This document shows positions 11,960 to 24,530 of a DNA stretch of 64,000 nt, one piece after another. Each line of letters starts with the position of its first letter. Positions within the stretch are counted from its first letter, which is position 1. The notes beneath the pieces were generated by a model, which searched no databases, was not told the origin of the DNA, and saw only the letters and a list, made by a program, of their open reading frames with translations. The stretch covers positions 4,588,001 through 4,652,000 of the forward strand of contig CM082590.2 in assembly GCA_040954595.2 (NCBI GenBank), written 5' to 3'. Source of the DNA: Balanoglossus misakiensis. Taxonomy: Eukaryota > Animalia > Hemichordata. The translations under genes were made by a program, and so were the position numbers.

Positions 11960-13475
11960 TGGTACATAGTTCTAGCGACTTTGCACCCCCTTCGTGCAAT
12001 AGATAAGCCACTGCCACTGTGTTGTCTAACTGTAAGGTGACAATTAGATCTTTCTGATCTTTCAGAAAAGACTGCAGTACCAACTTTGCTGCTAGAAGCT
12101 CCAAGACATTGATGTGTTTTGTATGTTCTTCTTTCGTCCATCTGCCCTGAACTTTCTGATGGGCACATACACCTCCCCACCCCTCCTGTGATGCATCGGA
12201 CTGAATGATCAGATCGGAGGGCTGTACCTTTAGAGAGCGGCCGTTGAAAAGCGGAGCTTGATGTATCCACCACAGCAAGTCTGTCCTTGCTTCTGGAGAG
12301 AGAGAAATTTTGTAATCCCATGAATGTTGTATTAGACTGCAATTGAGCTGGTATTGGAGTGCACGATAGTGTGCTGCTGCTATTCTCATTGCCCCTCGTG
12401 CATCTTCCGCGTGCATCAGTCCCAAGACTTGTGCTACTTGTCGAAGGGATACAAACTTCATTGCAAGAATTGCTGTAGCAGTATTTGCTATTTTCAGCAA
12501 CTTGTCGGTTGGCAATAGTACCATCATTTTCTCTGTGTCGTACAGACGACCAAGATGAACCAGTCTCTTGGTTTGTATTAAATGTGACTTCATTTCGTTT
12601 GGGATGAAGCCCAATTGACGAAACAATGTCATTAGCTTGTTGGTGTTCTGATGACAACTTTCCCTCTCTCCGGCTTTGTTGAATACATCGTCTATGTAAC
12701 TGGTGCAAACTATTCCCTGCTTTCTGGCATGTGCCATTGGTATTCTCATCACCTTTGTGAAAATGCGAGGAGCTGAGGTCAGTCCGAAAGGAAGACAAGT
12801 GTACTGGTAACGCTGATTTTGCCACTGAAAACACAGGTACTTTCTGTGGTCTTGGTGTATTGGTATCATATGATCCGCATCTGTTAGATCTATTGATGTC
12901 ATGTAGTCGTCTTTCTCCAGACTGTCCTGAATAAATGGATGCCCCTCCATGCGAAACTTTACCTTCTTTATGAAAAGATTCAATTGACGAAGGTCTATGA
13001 TGACACGCATACCTCCTGTCCTCTTCGGTATTACGAAGATTCTGGACAGAAATTGATCTGGCTTGGGTGGTACTGGTTCTATTGCTTGTTTGGACAATAA
13101 CAGTTTGATCTCTTCCTGTATCTTTAGAAATTCGTCCTGTGACTTTGGAACTGATACTGGTTGAACTGTTTGGAACAGAGTATTGAGTAGCTGAAGTCGA
13201 TAACCTTGAATTACTTTCAATATCCAAGAGCTCCTTGTGATTTCTTTCCATTTTTCCACAAAGAACTGAAGTCTGCCAGCATGTGGCAGATTTACCAAAG
13301 GAATGTCATTGCTTAGACTGCTTTCCTTTACCCCGGCCTCTATAGGACCGCTGGTTTCTGTCATCTCTGTACTTGTAGTTGCTTTTATTATTGTCATAAC
13401 TGGATGAACTTCTGCCATAACTGGATTTCCTTTTATCATACGACTGTGACTTCCCTTTTGAGGAGCTTGCAACAC
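11907..13475 (-). CDS. DIRS reverse transcriptase + RNase H (N-terminal part of pol)
   Basis: Motifs GRLQFF..W, FVIPKRTGGMRVIIDLR, IDLTDAD (the usual DAY is DAD), LPFGLTSAPRIF, YIDD. RNase H motifs DASQEGWG, HINVLELLA, DNTVAVAY. Confidence 0.95.
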   Translation of the reverse strand: MLQAPQKGSHSRMIKGNPVMAEVHPVMTIIKATTSTEMTETSGPIEAGVKESSLSNDIPLVNLPHAGRLQFFVEKWKEITRSSWILKVIQGYRLQLLNTLFQTVQPVSVPKSQDEFLKIQEEIKLLLSKQAIEPVPPKPDQFLSRIFVIPKRTGGMRVIIDLRQLNLFIKKVKFRMEGHPFIQDSLEKDDYMTSIDLTDADHMIPIHQDHRKYLCFQWQNQRYQYTCLPFGLTSAPRIFTKVMRIPMAHARKQGIVCTSYIDDVFNKAGERESCHQNTNKLMTLFRQLGFIPNEMKSHLIQTKRLVHLGRLYDTEKMMVLLPTDKLLKIANTATAILAMKFVSLRQVAQVLGLMHAEDARGAMRIAAAHYRALQYQLNCSLIQHSWDYKISLSPEARTDLLWWIHQAPLFNGRSLKVQPSDLIIQSDASQEGWGGVCAHQKVQGRWTKEEHTKHINVLELLAAKLVLQSFLKDQKDLIVTLQLDNTVAVAYLLHEGGAKSLELCTIALQIWQVWKTETSTSG

Positions 13476-14633
13476 TTCGAAATGAATTCACAGACTTCTT
13501 GGATTCATTGATGGCCTTCACCAAATTCCCACCAAAGAAACCTTTCATAGTGGGTTTGGATGTCTGCAAATTATCGTTGTATTCCTCTCGGAAAAGAGGT
13601 TTCAATCTCGCCTGACGTACCTCTGCCATCATGGAACTGGCTGTAGTTAATAAATGGGTAGCATCAGATAGCCCTGACTTAACTTGCTTCTTAACATCAG
13701 CATCAACAGCTTGAAATTTAGACGAACATACTAGTTCCAACGCCTTGATGATAGGTCGTAATGCAGAATGCATAACAGTATGCGTCTTATAATATGGCCT
13801 GTCGTAATTACGAAAATTAGGCGCACTTGACGATATTAAACTTCGTAATGCTGACGGCATTTCCTGTACCTCAAACGGTTGTTTCTTATCTTCAGGAACT
13901 AAATAATTCTGCTGAAGTTCCTGTAACTGCTTAGGGGACAGGCATTTATCTATGCGCTTCGTCAACCAATCGACTGAAGTTTGGGCCACCGGCCATGTGA
14001 CCGGCCCTGCGATGTGGTCGGGAACATCATCAAATATGGCGTCCAACTCATCGAGCGATGACGCGCTCACAGGCAACTCAGACGACTCGGGAAAATCTTC
14101 CCTTAAAACATCGTCCGAATCTTCATTATAGTCTAATTCTGTACCAAACTCACTGTCAGAGTAACGACGAGCTTTGCTTGGACAAGACACTGACGCCAGA
14201 GAACGACTCCGTTTGCGTGACCCATGCCCGTACTCGAACGTCTCTCGACGCCATCTTGACCTGCCGCTGATTGCGACGCAATAAATTCAGCCATTGTCGC
14301 ATTACTGGCCTGGGTCTGGTTAACAAGTTCTGACATCTTCCCCACTAGCTGGGCAAAAATATCCGGCATAACAGCCGTACTAGTAGATGGTCCGGCAACA
14401 GCAACAGGCTCTTGTACAGGTTCTAGATGAGGCATGGGTAAGTCACTAGGTACGTCCATGATAACAGACCTGCTATCTTCCTGACTAGTGGTAAAACAAC
14501 CAGCTAAATCGTCAGGATTATCAACTTCTGATGCCTCCGTGCGCGTTGCACTACTGGAGGGCTTAGACTTCGTCCGTTTTGACTTCTTCAACTCACACAT
14601 AGCAAAATGGTCGGAGCGCCAGCAAGACGACAC
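13306..14633 (-). CDS. DIRS gag-like ORF1, split by a ~1-nt frameshift near 14222
   Basis: ORF 14133-14633 joins ORF 13306-14190 if shifted at ggcatgggtcacgc, giving ...SRKRSRSLASVSCPSK. It is the 5'-most ORF and has a basic S/R/G-rich C-terminus typical of DIRS gag. Confidence 0.75.
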
Positions 14634-16054
14634 CTGCTGAACGGCGCGCGAAAGTGGAATGAAGGGTCTCTATAGAGGACTGTAGTATTGAATTGAATAT
14701 TCAGTACTTGGGAATAGCGCCAGCTATCTTCGATAAGTGGAAAGGCATATTTTGGTAGATACACGGAGCGGAATGTAAAAGACTCTGATGTCTCAGTGGT
14801 GTACATTTACTTCCATGAGATCATGTTTGGTTTATGAAGTTTCACAACCTGAAATGCAACATTTTCATTGTTTCTTGCATTTTCCCATGGTGGCGGCCAT
14901 AATCGCTTGCGGCAAAGCTTTATTATTTATCTGGTTAAAACTTGCATATGCACTCATATTTAGGGTTTATAATGCTTGTGTATAGTTCACAGCCTTTATC
15001 TGCATGGACTATTGGTAGTACAGTTTGAAACAAAAATTATGAAAATAATCCCAAAAGTTGCAGCTTTTACGTGCCTTTAACACCGATTTCTGAATGACAC
15101 ACCGTCAAAGCCAGTGAACATCGATATACACAGTCAGAAAACTCGCTGAATGACAGAGCAAACAACTTTAAAAGAACCACACCGATAACAACACCACTTA
15201 GCATGCATGGTTTAGTGCTGTCCACACCTGCCTCGAACAAATGGAATTCAACTGAAAACACTCGACGTCATGTATTGCAACCGGTGGTGGATTATGCACA
15301 CACAATAATACCGCGGCTGTCCAGATAAAAATAGAAATAAATAGTTTTGTAAATTCGTGTAAAATATATCTTCTGGACTATATTTTCGTAGAGGGACATG
15401 CATGGGATAACAAAAACATGGAGACTGAGATAAAGTAAAACTATCAACATCAATCTATAAATTGTGAGCTGAGACATGTTTAAAGAAGGGCAATTGACAC
15501 GTCACCCACAACAAACGCACTGATAAGAAAAACAGTATAAGACCCATGTTGACAAAAGTTTAGACAGTTCAGCCTAAGTTTGGATTTCTAATCCTTTACT
15601 ACTGTTGTCCTCCCTCTTGTCGCTACCAAGTCAATCGGATTCAACACCCTCCTATGTGCAACGAAGATAAATGTTTTTATTAGTCAACTGCTTGCAAAAT
15701 CTGCATGTATTTAATCTTTAAGAACCTAAGTAAATTTATTCTAATTACAAGCTGAATAGATTGTTTGTATGACAATTAATTTCAACACGGATTCCACGGA
15801 TCGGAATATCCACAACAACAATTCTTGATGTTCATATAGTCCCAAACATCATAGCTGAAAGGTCAAATTTATGAATACATTTTATAGTGGTCATGTCTCA
15901 AATATCCCCCATACTCCTTTACTTCGTACCACTGAGAGAGCGCTGATAACAGCAATAAAATCAATATTGGCTGAAAAATTTAATAGACACTGGTTTTGGT
16001 TTTAATAAATCCTAGTCGAAAAGGATTAACGCGAATGAACGGTGCTGATAAAGA

Positions 16055-17704
16055 TTAAAGCTGCAAGCAGCATTGTCCGGGCCCAAGCTCTATTATTATC
16101 TGATCTGATTATTAGATATGCACATAATTAATGAGTAGAAACATAATGCTGTGTTTTATCCCATGAAATATCAAGGTTATATCTATGTTTTGTGCTGATA
16201 TAGTGTTAAGTAGGTCAAAGGTCACCCAGGGGTCACCCACAATTTGGGGAGAATATTTTGACCCATATTGGTCCAAGTCCAACAAAAACCAGACCTCTAG
16301 CCCTTTTGGTTAGCCCGGAATTAGGTATACACATAAATAATGAGTTGAGCATGTGTCACAGGTGACCCAAAACTTTGGCTTTTCATTATGGCCCCATATC
16401 TCCAAATGCCAAGGCTGTACCTGCTTTGGATGCCGAGATATGCAAAAGTAGGTCAAGGTCATCTGAGGTCACCCAAAATTTGGGCAGAAAATGTTTACCC
16501 ATAGTGGTCCATGTCCAATAAAAACAAGACCTCTAGCTCTATTGGTTCGCCTGTAATTAGTTATGCACATAATTAATGAGGTAAGCAGAGGTCACAGGTG
16601 ACCCAAAACTCTGGCTTTTCATTATGGCCCCATATCTCCTATTGCCAAGGCTGTACCTGCTTTGGATGCCGAGCAATGCAAAAGTAGGTCAAAGGTCACC
16701 GGAGGTCACCCAACATTTGGGCAAAATATTTTGACCCCATACTGATCCATGTCCAAAAAAACCCAAACCTTTAGGTCTATTGGTTAATCTGTAATTAGGT
16801 ATGCGCATATTTAATGAGGTCAGCAGAGGTCAAAGGGGTCATGAAAAGTAGCGAAATTGTTTGATCACATACAAATCCACATACATCAGAAACCAAACTT
16901 ATAGCCCTATTGGTTAGCCTGGAATTAGATATGCAGAAAAATGATGCGTCAAAAGTAGGTCAAAGGTCATTGCCAAAATTACCAAAATATTTATAGCTTA
17001 TTCTTGTCATATGATGATTCATATCCATAAAAAGAATTTCTGTGCTATCAATTTTTAGGCTAGAAAGGGAATTTTTACTTTTTAATTGTTTTTCACAAAA
17101 TCCAATATGGCCGCCATAATCTTCAACCAATCACATTCCTCTTCGCAAACTTGATAGACATATGTTTAATGACCACACACACCAAATCTTGTGACTCGGT
17201 TATCGCTGGTTCTTGAGAAGAAGATTTTTCAAATTTTACTAGGGTTTTTCGAAAATCCAATATGGCCACCATAATCTTGCACCAATCACAATGATCTTCA
17301 CAAACTTGATAGACATCAGTTAGGTGACCACATACCCCAAACCCCGTGTCTCGGTTATCACTGGTTCTGGAGAAGAGGATTTTTGAAATTTAAGCCGGAC
17401 TTCAGAAAAAAAAATGTAGCAATAAAACTGCAACATTGACAGCAAAATATCCAATTACAAAAATGATGGGTAGAAGGTAGACTACCAGCATGCCAAATTT
17501 GAAGTCGATCTGACTTGTAGTTTCTGAGATCTAAGATTTGCATTTTTTCAGAAAATCCAAGATGGCCGCGATGTCACGTGACTAATTAAGTATTCACAAG
17601 TCACTGCACATCTACTCATTGACCTTGACCACTGTAGCAAGTTTGAGACCTGTACCTGCAGCAGTGTCTGAGATCTAGAGCGATAAAGAATGGAACCAAG
17701 AATA

Positions 17705-17740
<36 letters not shown>

Positions 17741-17798
17741 CAGAAAAACCCCAGCGAAAACAATACGGGCCCAAGCCTGGCTTGGCTTGGGCCCGTAA
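16055..17798 (-). mobile_element. HINE-like element family B
   Basis: Terminal hairpin GGGCCCAAGCC...GGCTTGGGCCC next to (AAAG)n at 17704-17797. Other end AAAGCTGCAAGCAGC + subterminal GGGCCCAAGC. It interrupts sequence that is contiguous at 3960-4000 (reverse), with no TSD. Confidence 0.75.
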
Positions 17799-18847
17799 TG
17801 ACACAATTAACACTGGTACACGTACAGTCTCACTGACTCCAAATATAATCAGATGAAGGTGTTGATGAAGGTCATTCTCTATGACAATAATACCTTCAAG
17901 CAATTGCCAAGCAAACTGTTATCTACATTACACGTGTTAGGACTCCAAATGAAATCAGATGCAGATTTTGTCAATTGCCCTTCTTTAAACATGTCTCAGC
18001 TCACAATTTATAGATTGATGTTGATAGTTTTACTTTATCTCAGTCTCCATGTTTTTGTTATCCCATGCATGTCCCTCTACGAAAATATAGTCCAGAAGAT
18101 ATATTTTACACGAATTTACAAAACTATTTATTTCTATTTTTATCTGGACAGCCGCGGTATTATTGTGTGTGCATAATCCACCACCGGTTGCAATAAATGA
18201 CGTCGAGTGTTTTCAGTTGAATTCCATTTGTTCGAGGCAGGTGTGGACAGCACTAAACCATGCATGCTAAGTGGTGTTGTTATCGGTGCGGTTCTTTTAA
18301 AGTTGTTTGCTCTGTCATTCAGCGAGTTTTCTGACTGTGTATATCGATGTTCACTGTACTACCAATAGTCCATGCAGATAAAGGCAGTGAACTATACACA
18401 AGCATTATAAACCCTAAATATGAGTGCATATGCAAGTTTTAACCAGATAAATAATAAAGCTTTGCCGCAAGCGATTATGGCCGCCACCATGGGAAAATGC
18501 AAGAAACAATGAAAATGTTGCATTTCAGGTTGTGAAACTTCATAAACCAAACATGATCTCATGGAAGTAAATGTACACCAGATTTTCATTTTTCATTGCA
18601 ATATTGCACTTTTTTAAAATTGCAGGAATTTTTATTTTTCTTTAATTTTTGGCCATTTTGTCATAAATAAATGTTGAGCTGGATATATTACCATGAAATA
18701 TCATTTACTAGACATAATTAAAAGCATATGTGAGATTATCGAGTTCAAAAGTACATTAAACTCATTTTACAATAATTAGTTTGTTAAATTTGTACAAAGT
18801 TTGAAATTATCCAACAAGCTCTCTTGAATTTATTCAACAATTTAAAA

Positions 18848-20132
18848 AAATAGCGTCAAGGACACTGTGGTCCCATTTGAGGACATAGCACATAGCAACA
18901 TAGCAATAAGCATATCTGCTCTGGATGCCAAGATATGGAAAAGTAGGTCAAAGGTCACCTGAGGTCATGCAAATTTGGGCAAGAAATTTTGACCCTATAC
19001 TGGTCCATGTTCAACAAAAACCAAACCTATAGCCCTATTGGTTAGCCTGGAATTAGGTATGCACATAATTAATGAGATATGCAGGTGTCACAGGTGACCC
19101 CCAATTTTGGTTTTTCAATTTTAGTGCCAACCCTCCAAACGCCAAGTCTGTACCTGCTCTGGATGCCAAGATATGGTAAAGTAGGTCAAAGGTCACCTGA
19201 GGTCATGCAAAATTTGGGCAAGAAATTTTGACCCTATACTGGTCCATGTTCAACAAAAACCAAACCTATAGCCTTATTGGTTAGCCTGGAATTAGGTATG
19301 TACATAATTAATGAGATATGCAGGTGTCACAGGTGACCCCCAATGTTGGCTTTTCAATTTTAGTCCCAACCCTCCAAACGCCAAGTCTGTACCTGCTCTG
19401 GATGCCGAGATATAGGAAAGTAGGTCAAAGGTCACCTGAGGTCACCCAAAATTTGGGCAAGAAATGTTGACCCTATACTGGTCCATGACCCACAAGAACG
19501 AAACCTCTAGCCCTATTAGTTAGCCCGGAATTAGGTATGCACATAATTAATGTGTTAAGCAGGTGTTACAGGTGAGCCCAAAAATTTGCCTTTTATTTTG
19601 GCCCCATTGTGCTCACTGACCAATAGACAGTCACTGTACAGGACTATTGCACAGACCAGAATTCCACTATAAGACGTGGACATAGCTTAACCATATAGAG
19701 GTATAAGTAAAGGTATAATTTTAACAAAAAGACTAAAAAATTTATAAAAAATAAAACATCCATAATATCAACTTAACACTTACAGGTCGGTGTGAGGTTG
19801 ACATAAGGTACATGCATACCAATTTTCAAAGCAATCTGACCAGTAGTTGTTGACTTACAGAGTTTTGATCAATTTCACATTTTACAAGCTAATTTGCATA
19901 TTTTTGGACAAACTCCCATCTACAGCCCGGCCTGCACCTACACACCAAATATTGAGGTGATACGCGCAGCGGTTTTCAAGTTTTTGATGTGGACGGACAT
20001 ACAGACATACATCCATCCATACATACATACATACATCCATCCATCCATCCATCCATCCATCCATACATACATACAGACGCAACCCATCCCATAAGGTCCC
20101 ATGGTATATAGGCCTATACCAATGGGACCTAA
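18848..20132 (-). mobile_element. HINE-like element family A, mirror copy with an extra internal unit
   Basis: Reverse complement of 8651-9687 with one additional ~240-bp internal repeat. Confidence 0.75.
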
Positions 20133-23100
20133 AAAAGGCGTATTAATAATTACTATCCTGAACATCTAAACCATATTTTTAATAAACGATCGTTATTCAC
20201 GATGGGCACGTCCGCTTTACTTTTGTTTTTGAGGAACGAGCACACAGTGCATGTTGACATTTTTTGGTTACATTGGAAAGTTATGTTGTCGCGTTTCTCA
20301 GTCTACCCTAAACGAGATCTATTTAACACCTGTCATTTCCTGACATATCGATATTACAAAAAGTTTTACAAATATCGCGCTGCATATTTGTCATATTGTG
20401 ACGAGTTGCCCAGCTATAGGAGTCAAAATATTGTCACATTATCACGTTGTGAGTTAGTGTGATTTTGATCAATAATGTGGCCTCACATATATCTGTAACC
20501 AAACAAAATTGCATCTGGTTTCGATATCTCAATGTGATAATTTAGCACGTTAATTCTCAAAAATAGTGCCGACCACACACGTCTCTGTATTTCCACTAGT
20601 GAAAGTAAGGGATCATATCTTCAGTTAGAATAATAACGCATTACTAAATACAGGCGTTGCAGGCATGCATGATACAGTATGGTCCTGAGCAAAGCCAGCG
20701 CTGGAATTGCTCGATGAATCATTAAATGCGAAATAAACACAGCCTCTTATGGCAACTCAGTAATTGTTCCTCTAAAGGGGCCATGTTTGCGTCAATATTT
20801 TGCCAAATAGCTGTATAAACTGTAGCTCACGATAATTCCTGACTTTATCAAGATCTGGTTGAAAAAAGTGTGTGGCTACTTGATTGTGGTGGAGTGTTTT
20901 TCTGCCGACTAAACAACCGCCCTGTGCTATATATTAAGTGTGGTGAGTCTCTCCCGCCCATGCCCCTAGCTTGTATCTATTCTCTGACTTGCTCTTAACT
21001 TTTTCTGGCAGTGTCTTTGCAGCTAACTCAGCATCTAACAGCTGTTGTACTTGTATGTCTCTAGCCATTTCTCTGGCCTTTTTTGTTGGACTGTATACTG
21101 CCCGATGTCAAAATGGTTTGTCCTTTTCCTGTTAGGCATGATTTGAGTTATATCCAGAATACAGCTGGGATGGAGTTACACAATGAAGCATTTCCTAAAT
21201 GTAAATAAATGTGAAAAGTTGTAGAAAACATGAAAGGTCATCTAGAAAGCTATTCCAGTCTGACAGTTCCAAACAGACAGTATTTAATAATGACTCTACA
21301 GAAGACCTGATGATATAAAAGACTGTGTATTTTGCGAAGTACTGGCATACTGTTGATAGTATAGGAACATTGATTGAGTATAATCAGATGCAATCTATGT
21401 ATATTGCGCGCTGACGCAGTTCCTTTGGTGTGTCTGCTTTGCCTAAATACTATCGCCAGAACTCTCTCGTTCAAAATTTTCTCTCTTACATTTTAGAACG
21501 AAAATGATATATCAACATGTTATATAGATATCATTGAACAATCTGCTCATTTTGTTTTATTAGGCTCACGCTTCAAACTCGAGAAATCTGCCGATATGTT
21601 TTGCTTGACGCTCGACGTTTTCATAGCTGTGCCATTGCAATCAATGGTAGAGCGACGCGCAGGCAGAACGCACCAAACTCGATGAATTTCTGCTTGGTTC
21701 AATTTCTACAAATAACCTTTTTGGGGATAGAAAATCAAAACACAGAGTTACAAAAGTCTTACTTCCGACTTCTTAATTCCGATTTTATCACGATCTGGTT
21801 GAAAAATGTTTGTAGCTTCTGAGTGTTTTTCTGCCGACTAAACAAACACCCTGTGCTATATATCAAGTGTGTTGAGTGGTTTCAGTCAAAGTCTATACGC
21901 GTACAGCCAATAGAACAAACAGTATTTAATCTTTACGACCCAATGTAAACTGCTTCTGATGCGTACCTGTACATACCAAGTTGAACAGACAGCATGTCAA
22001 TAAACTTCAAACTAAACTATCAGGATATCAAAAACAACAATACCTCAAGAATAGTCATAGAAACATGGATGGAAGGTAAAACTTATGACTTCTTATAGTC
22101 GTGTGTACATAGTACATGAGTGAGTGTGAATGCGCTGATATGAACAACAGTTCAATCGATGTTGGTAATTAGGAACAATAGTCAAAGTTTAAGTTTCAAT
22201 TAAAAAGTATGAATGCAGTTGAGTAGTGCTGATAACAATTACACACTGGACTCTGGTACACATGGAGTCTCACTGACTCCAACATGTAAGAAGGCCATTC
22301 TCTTTTGACAAGAGCAATAAAATTGACCGACAGTTTTTGACAACTGGTCAATGTTAGGTCTTATACCGCTGTTCTTATCAGTGCGTGTATTGTGGTTTTG
22401 TGTAAATTTCCTTTCTTCGAACATGTCTAACCTCAAACATTTTAGATTTGAGAGCCTCATCACCCCCCCCCCCCATTTGTGCTGAATTTATCTTCCCCAC
22501 TTTTGTAATATCTCCAAATTCCTGGGATGACCCCCCCCCCCCCGCTACGCAAATACATTCCAACACATATAGGTACAAAATAATCGACAATATGCATTAC
22601 AAGAGAGCTGATAAAATTCATACTTGTTTTTTATAGAGAAGTACATTTTTGGACTTCAAACTTTTTATGCTTACAGTTCACAGCTGGGGTATTTTGTGTG
22701 TGTAAAGGTAAACAGTAGTTGCAATAAATGACGTCGAGTGGTTTCAGTTGAATTCCATTTGTGCAAGGCAGTGGTGGACAGCAATAAACCATGCAAAGTG
22801 ACGCTGTTATCAATGCAGTTATAATAATTGTAATAAGACTAAAGTTAGCTAATTTGCCAATTATTAGTTTGTATGTAGGAATTAATATTTTGAAATGATA
22901 CCATGCGTCTTCGTGAATTTAATTGAGATTATAAAAAGATGATGATGGCTGGCAAAAAGAAATTCTCAGATAGTATCATGAACATCTAAAACATTATTGT
23001 AATGAATGATCATTGCAATTGATGGACGTATTTGCTTTATTTTTGTTTTAAAAGAACAAGTTCACATTGCATCGCGACACTTTTTTGTTTACCTTGCAAA

Positions 23101-24530
23101 GTGGCGCACTCTTACAGAAAGTTCTGTAGATGTTCATTAATCTATCAACTGCAATTTCTTTACAACATTAACGATATTCGATAGAAAATGTACCGAAATT
23201 CAGAGGACTTTTTCCATGGCCATGCAGACTCTAGTCTAGTATCTAGCCAATCTGATTAAAATCGGATGTAGGGAACGGCGACTTGGTTTTTTTTATGCTG
23301 TCGCCTCACACTACATCTGACCAACTCCCACTGCAGCTCCCGTTGAAATCGACGGGATTTACTGATCGCGTAAACCAATCAGAAGGCGCCTTATAGCAAA
23401 CGATAGGCATCCCACATTATCACATGACCTGGCCCCTTGTGGTTGTTACTATGGAGCTACCACAGACGTATCCCAGGCGTGAGAGTCGAATCAGCGTGGG
23501 GAATGGTTTCGAGCCAGTTCAGCGTGACGACTGAACCTCTATATCCACCGGCCAAGGAAATGTATAAGACGCGGCAACAAGTCGCAGTAAAATTGTTAGA
23601 GAATCTATTACATTTGTCTAAGGCCGTCCCAGGGAGAGATTCTGTCGCCATGATCACCAGAGTGTACCGACCGACTGCACTGACTTGACTAGCTCTGCGT
23701 ACAGGTCTGTGTGTTCCCAGCGTTACACGGACGTTAGAAGAAGTTAATCTCATCATATTTGGGGTCGGTTAGGAGGTAGAAGTAGACAGGGAAAGGATTT
23801 TGCTTCGATAAAATCGAATTTCGATCAAAACTGAACGGTCCATTATTACAGACAAGGAGATACAATTTTGTAAGTGATTTGATCGCGGAATATCGTGAAT
23901 AAATTACTCAGTCAACACTTTTTCAAACTAAATATAACAAAACCAAAGCGAATCAAACCTGACGTCATCACAATGAAAAGTCAACGAAAACTAGCAGAAA
24001 CCCGGAAAGTACAAACACTACGGCATATTACTTTCCCAGGGTTTGGACCAACATGTACATGACGCAAACACATCTGTGCTGCAATTGTTCTTTCAGAATG
24101 GTCAGTTCGATTGGTTTATTTTAAAAAGTTTACTCGTGGATATGCAAACATGTATCATCAACCTGTCTGTCAAATGATACGGAGAAGATTGAGTCAGCTC
24201 ATGGGGAATTCATAATTATCCACGACTCCTTATGACCAACACCTTGAATGAACTCGTTTCGGGTCAAAGGTTATCATCATTTGATTCGGCGTCAATCTGA
24301 GTGCCCCATATATAGATACATTGCTAGACATGGTTACAAAGTAACACAGTCATGGATTTCAATGGGTGTTTTATCTAAAGCTAGAACTCGCTCATAAAAT
24401 TGTGTTTACTTAGGACTTGCTCAACCGGTAATAATTTTTGAAAAATATCGTGACTTGGAGACTTGTGAATGGAAAACATTGTGATTAGTGTGACTTTTTT
24501 TGTAAATTTGATAATTGTTTATTTATGATT

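Larger units (their letters stand above)
9971..14784 (-). mobile_element. DIRS1-group tyrosine-recombinase retrotransposon, structurally complete (~4.8 kb)
   Basis: ITRs 10029-10141 and 14652-14764 (1 mismatch seen). Internal complementary region 10275-10383 matches both extreme termini. Contains gag, RT/RNase H/MT and YR ORFs. No TSD. Empty site recoverable from the paralog at ~18570-18600. Confidence 0.95.
9690..15080. mobile_element. Kolobok-like non-autonomous element (9690-9970 + 14785-15076) that is the DIRS insertion target
   Basis: Right end ...gcagcttttacgtgcct-TTAA. Related copies at ~45850-46280, 48311-48420 and, inverted, 18356-18843. Confidence 0.6.
5273..23248. repeat. Giant inverted duplication: left arm 5273-15499 (includes the DIRS), right arm 17969-23248
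   Basis: Same or near-same peptides on opposite strands: 8321-8581 vs 20202-20462, 15292-15477 vs C-terminus of 17853-18176, 14788-14985 vs 18392-18589, 7310-7534 vs 21250-21474. Outer ends match at ggctagatactagactag / ctagtctagtatctagcc. Confidence 0.92.

Noticed and set aside
11263-13251. 662-aa ORF as a novel standalone protein
   Set aside because: It is a frameshift chimera of the DIRS overlap frame and the pol RNase H/MT tail.
23280-23800. GC-richer stretch as a tRNA/SINE or ncRNA
   Set aside because: Could not identify A/B boxes or a cloverleaf by eye.
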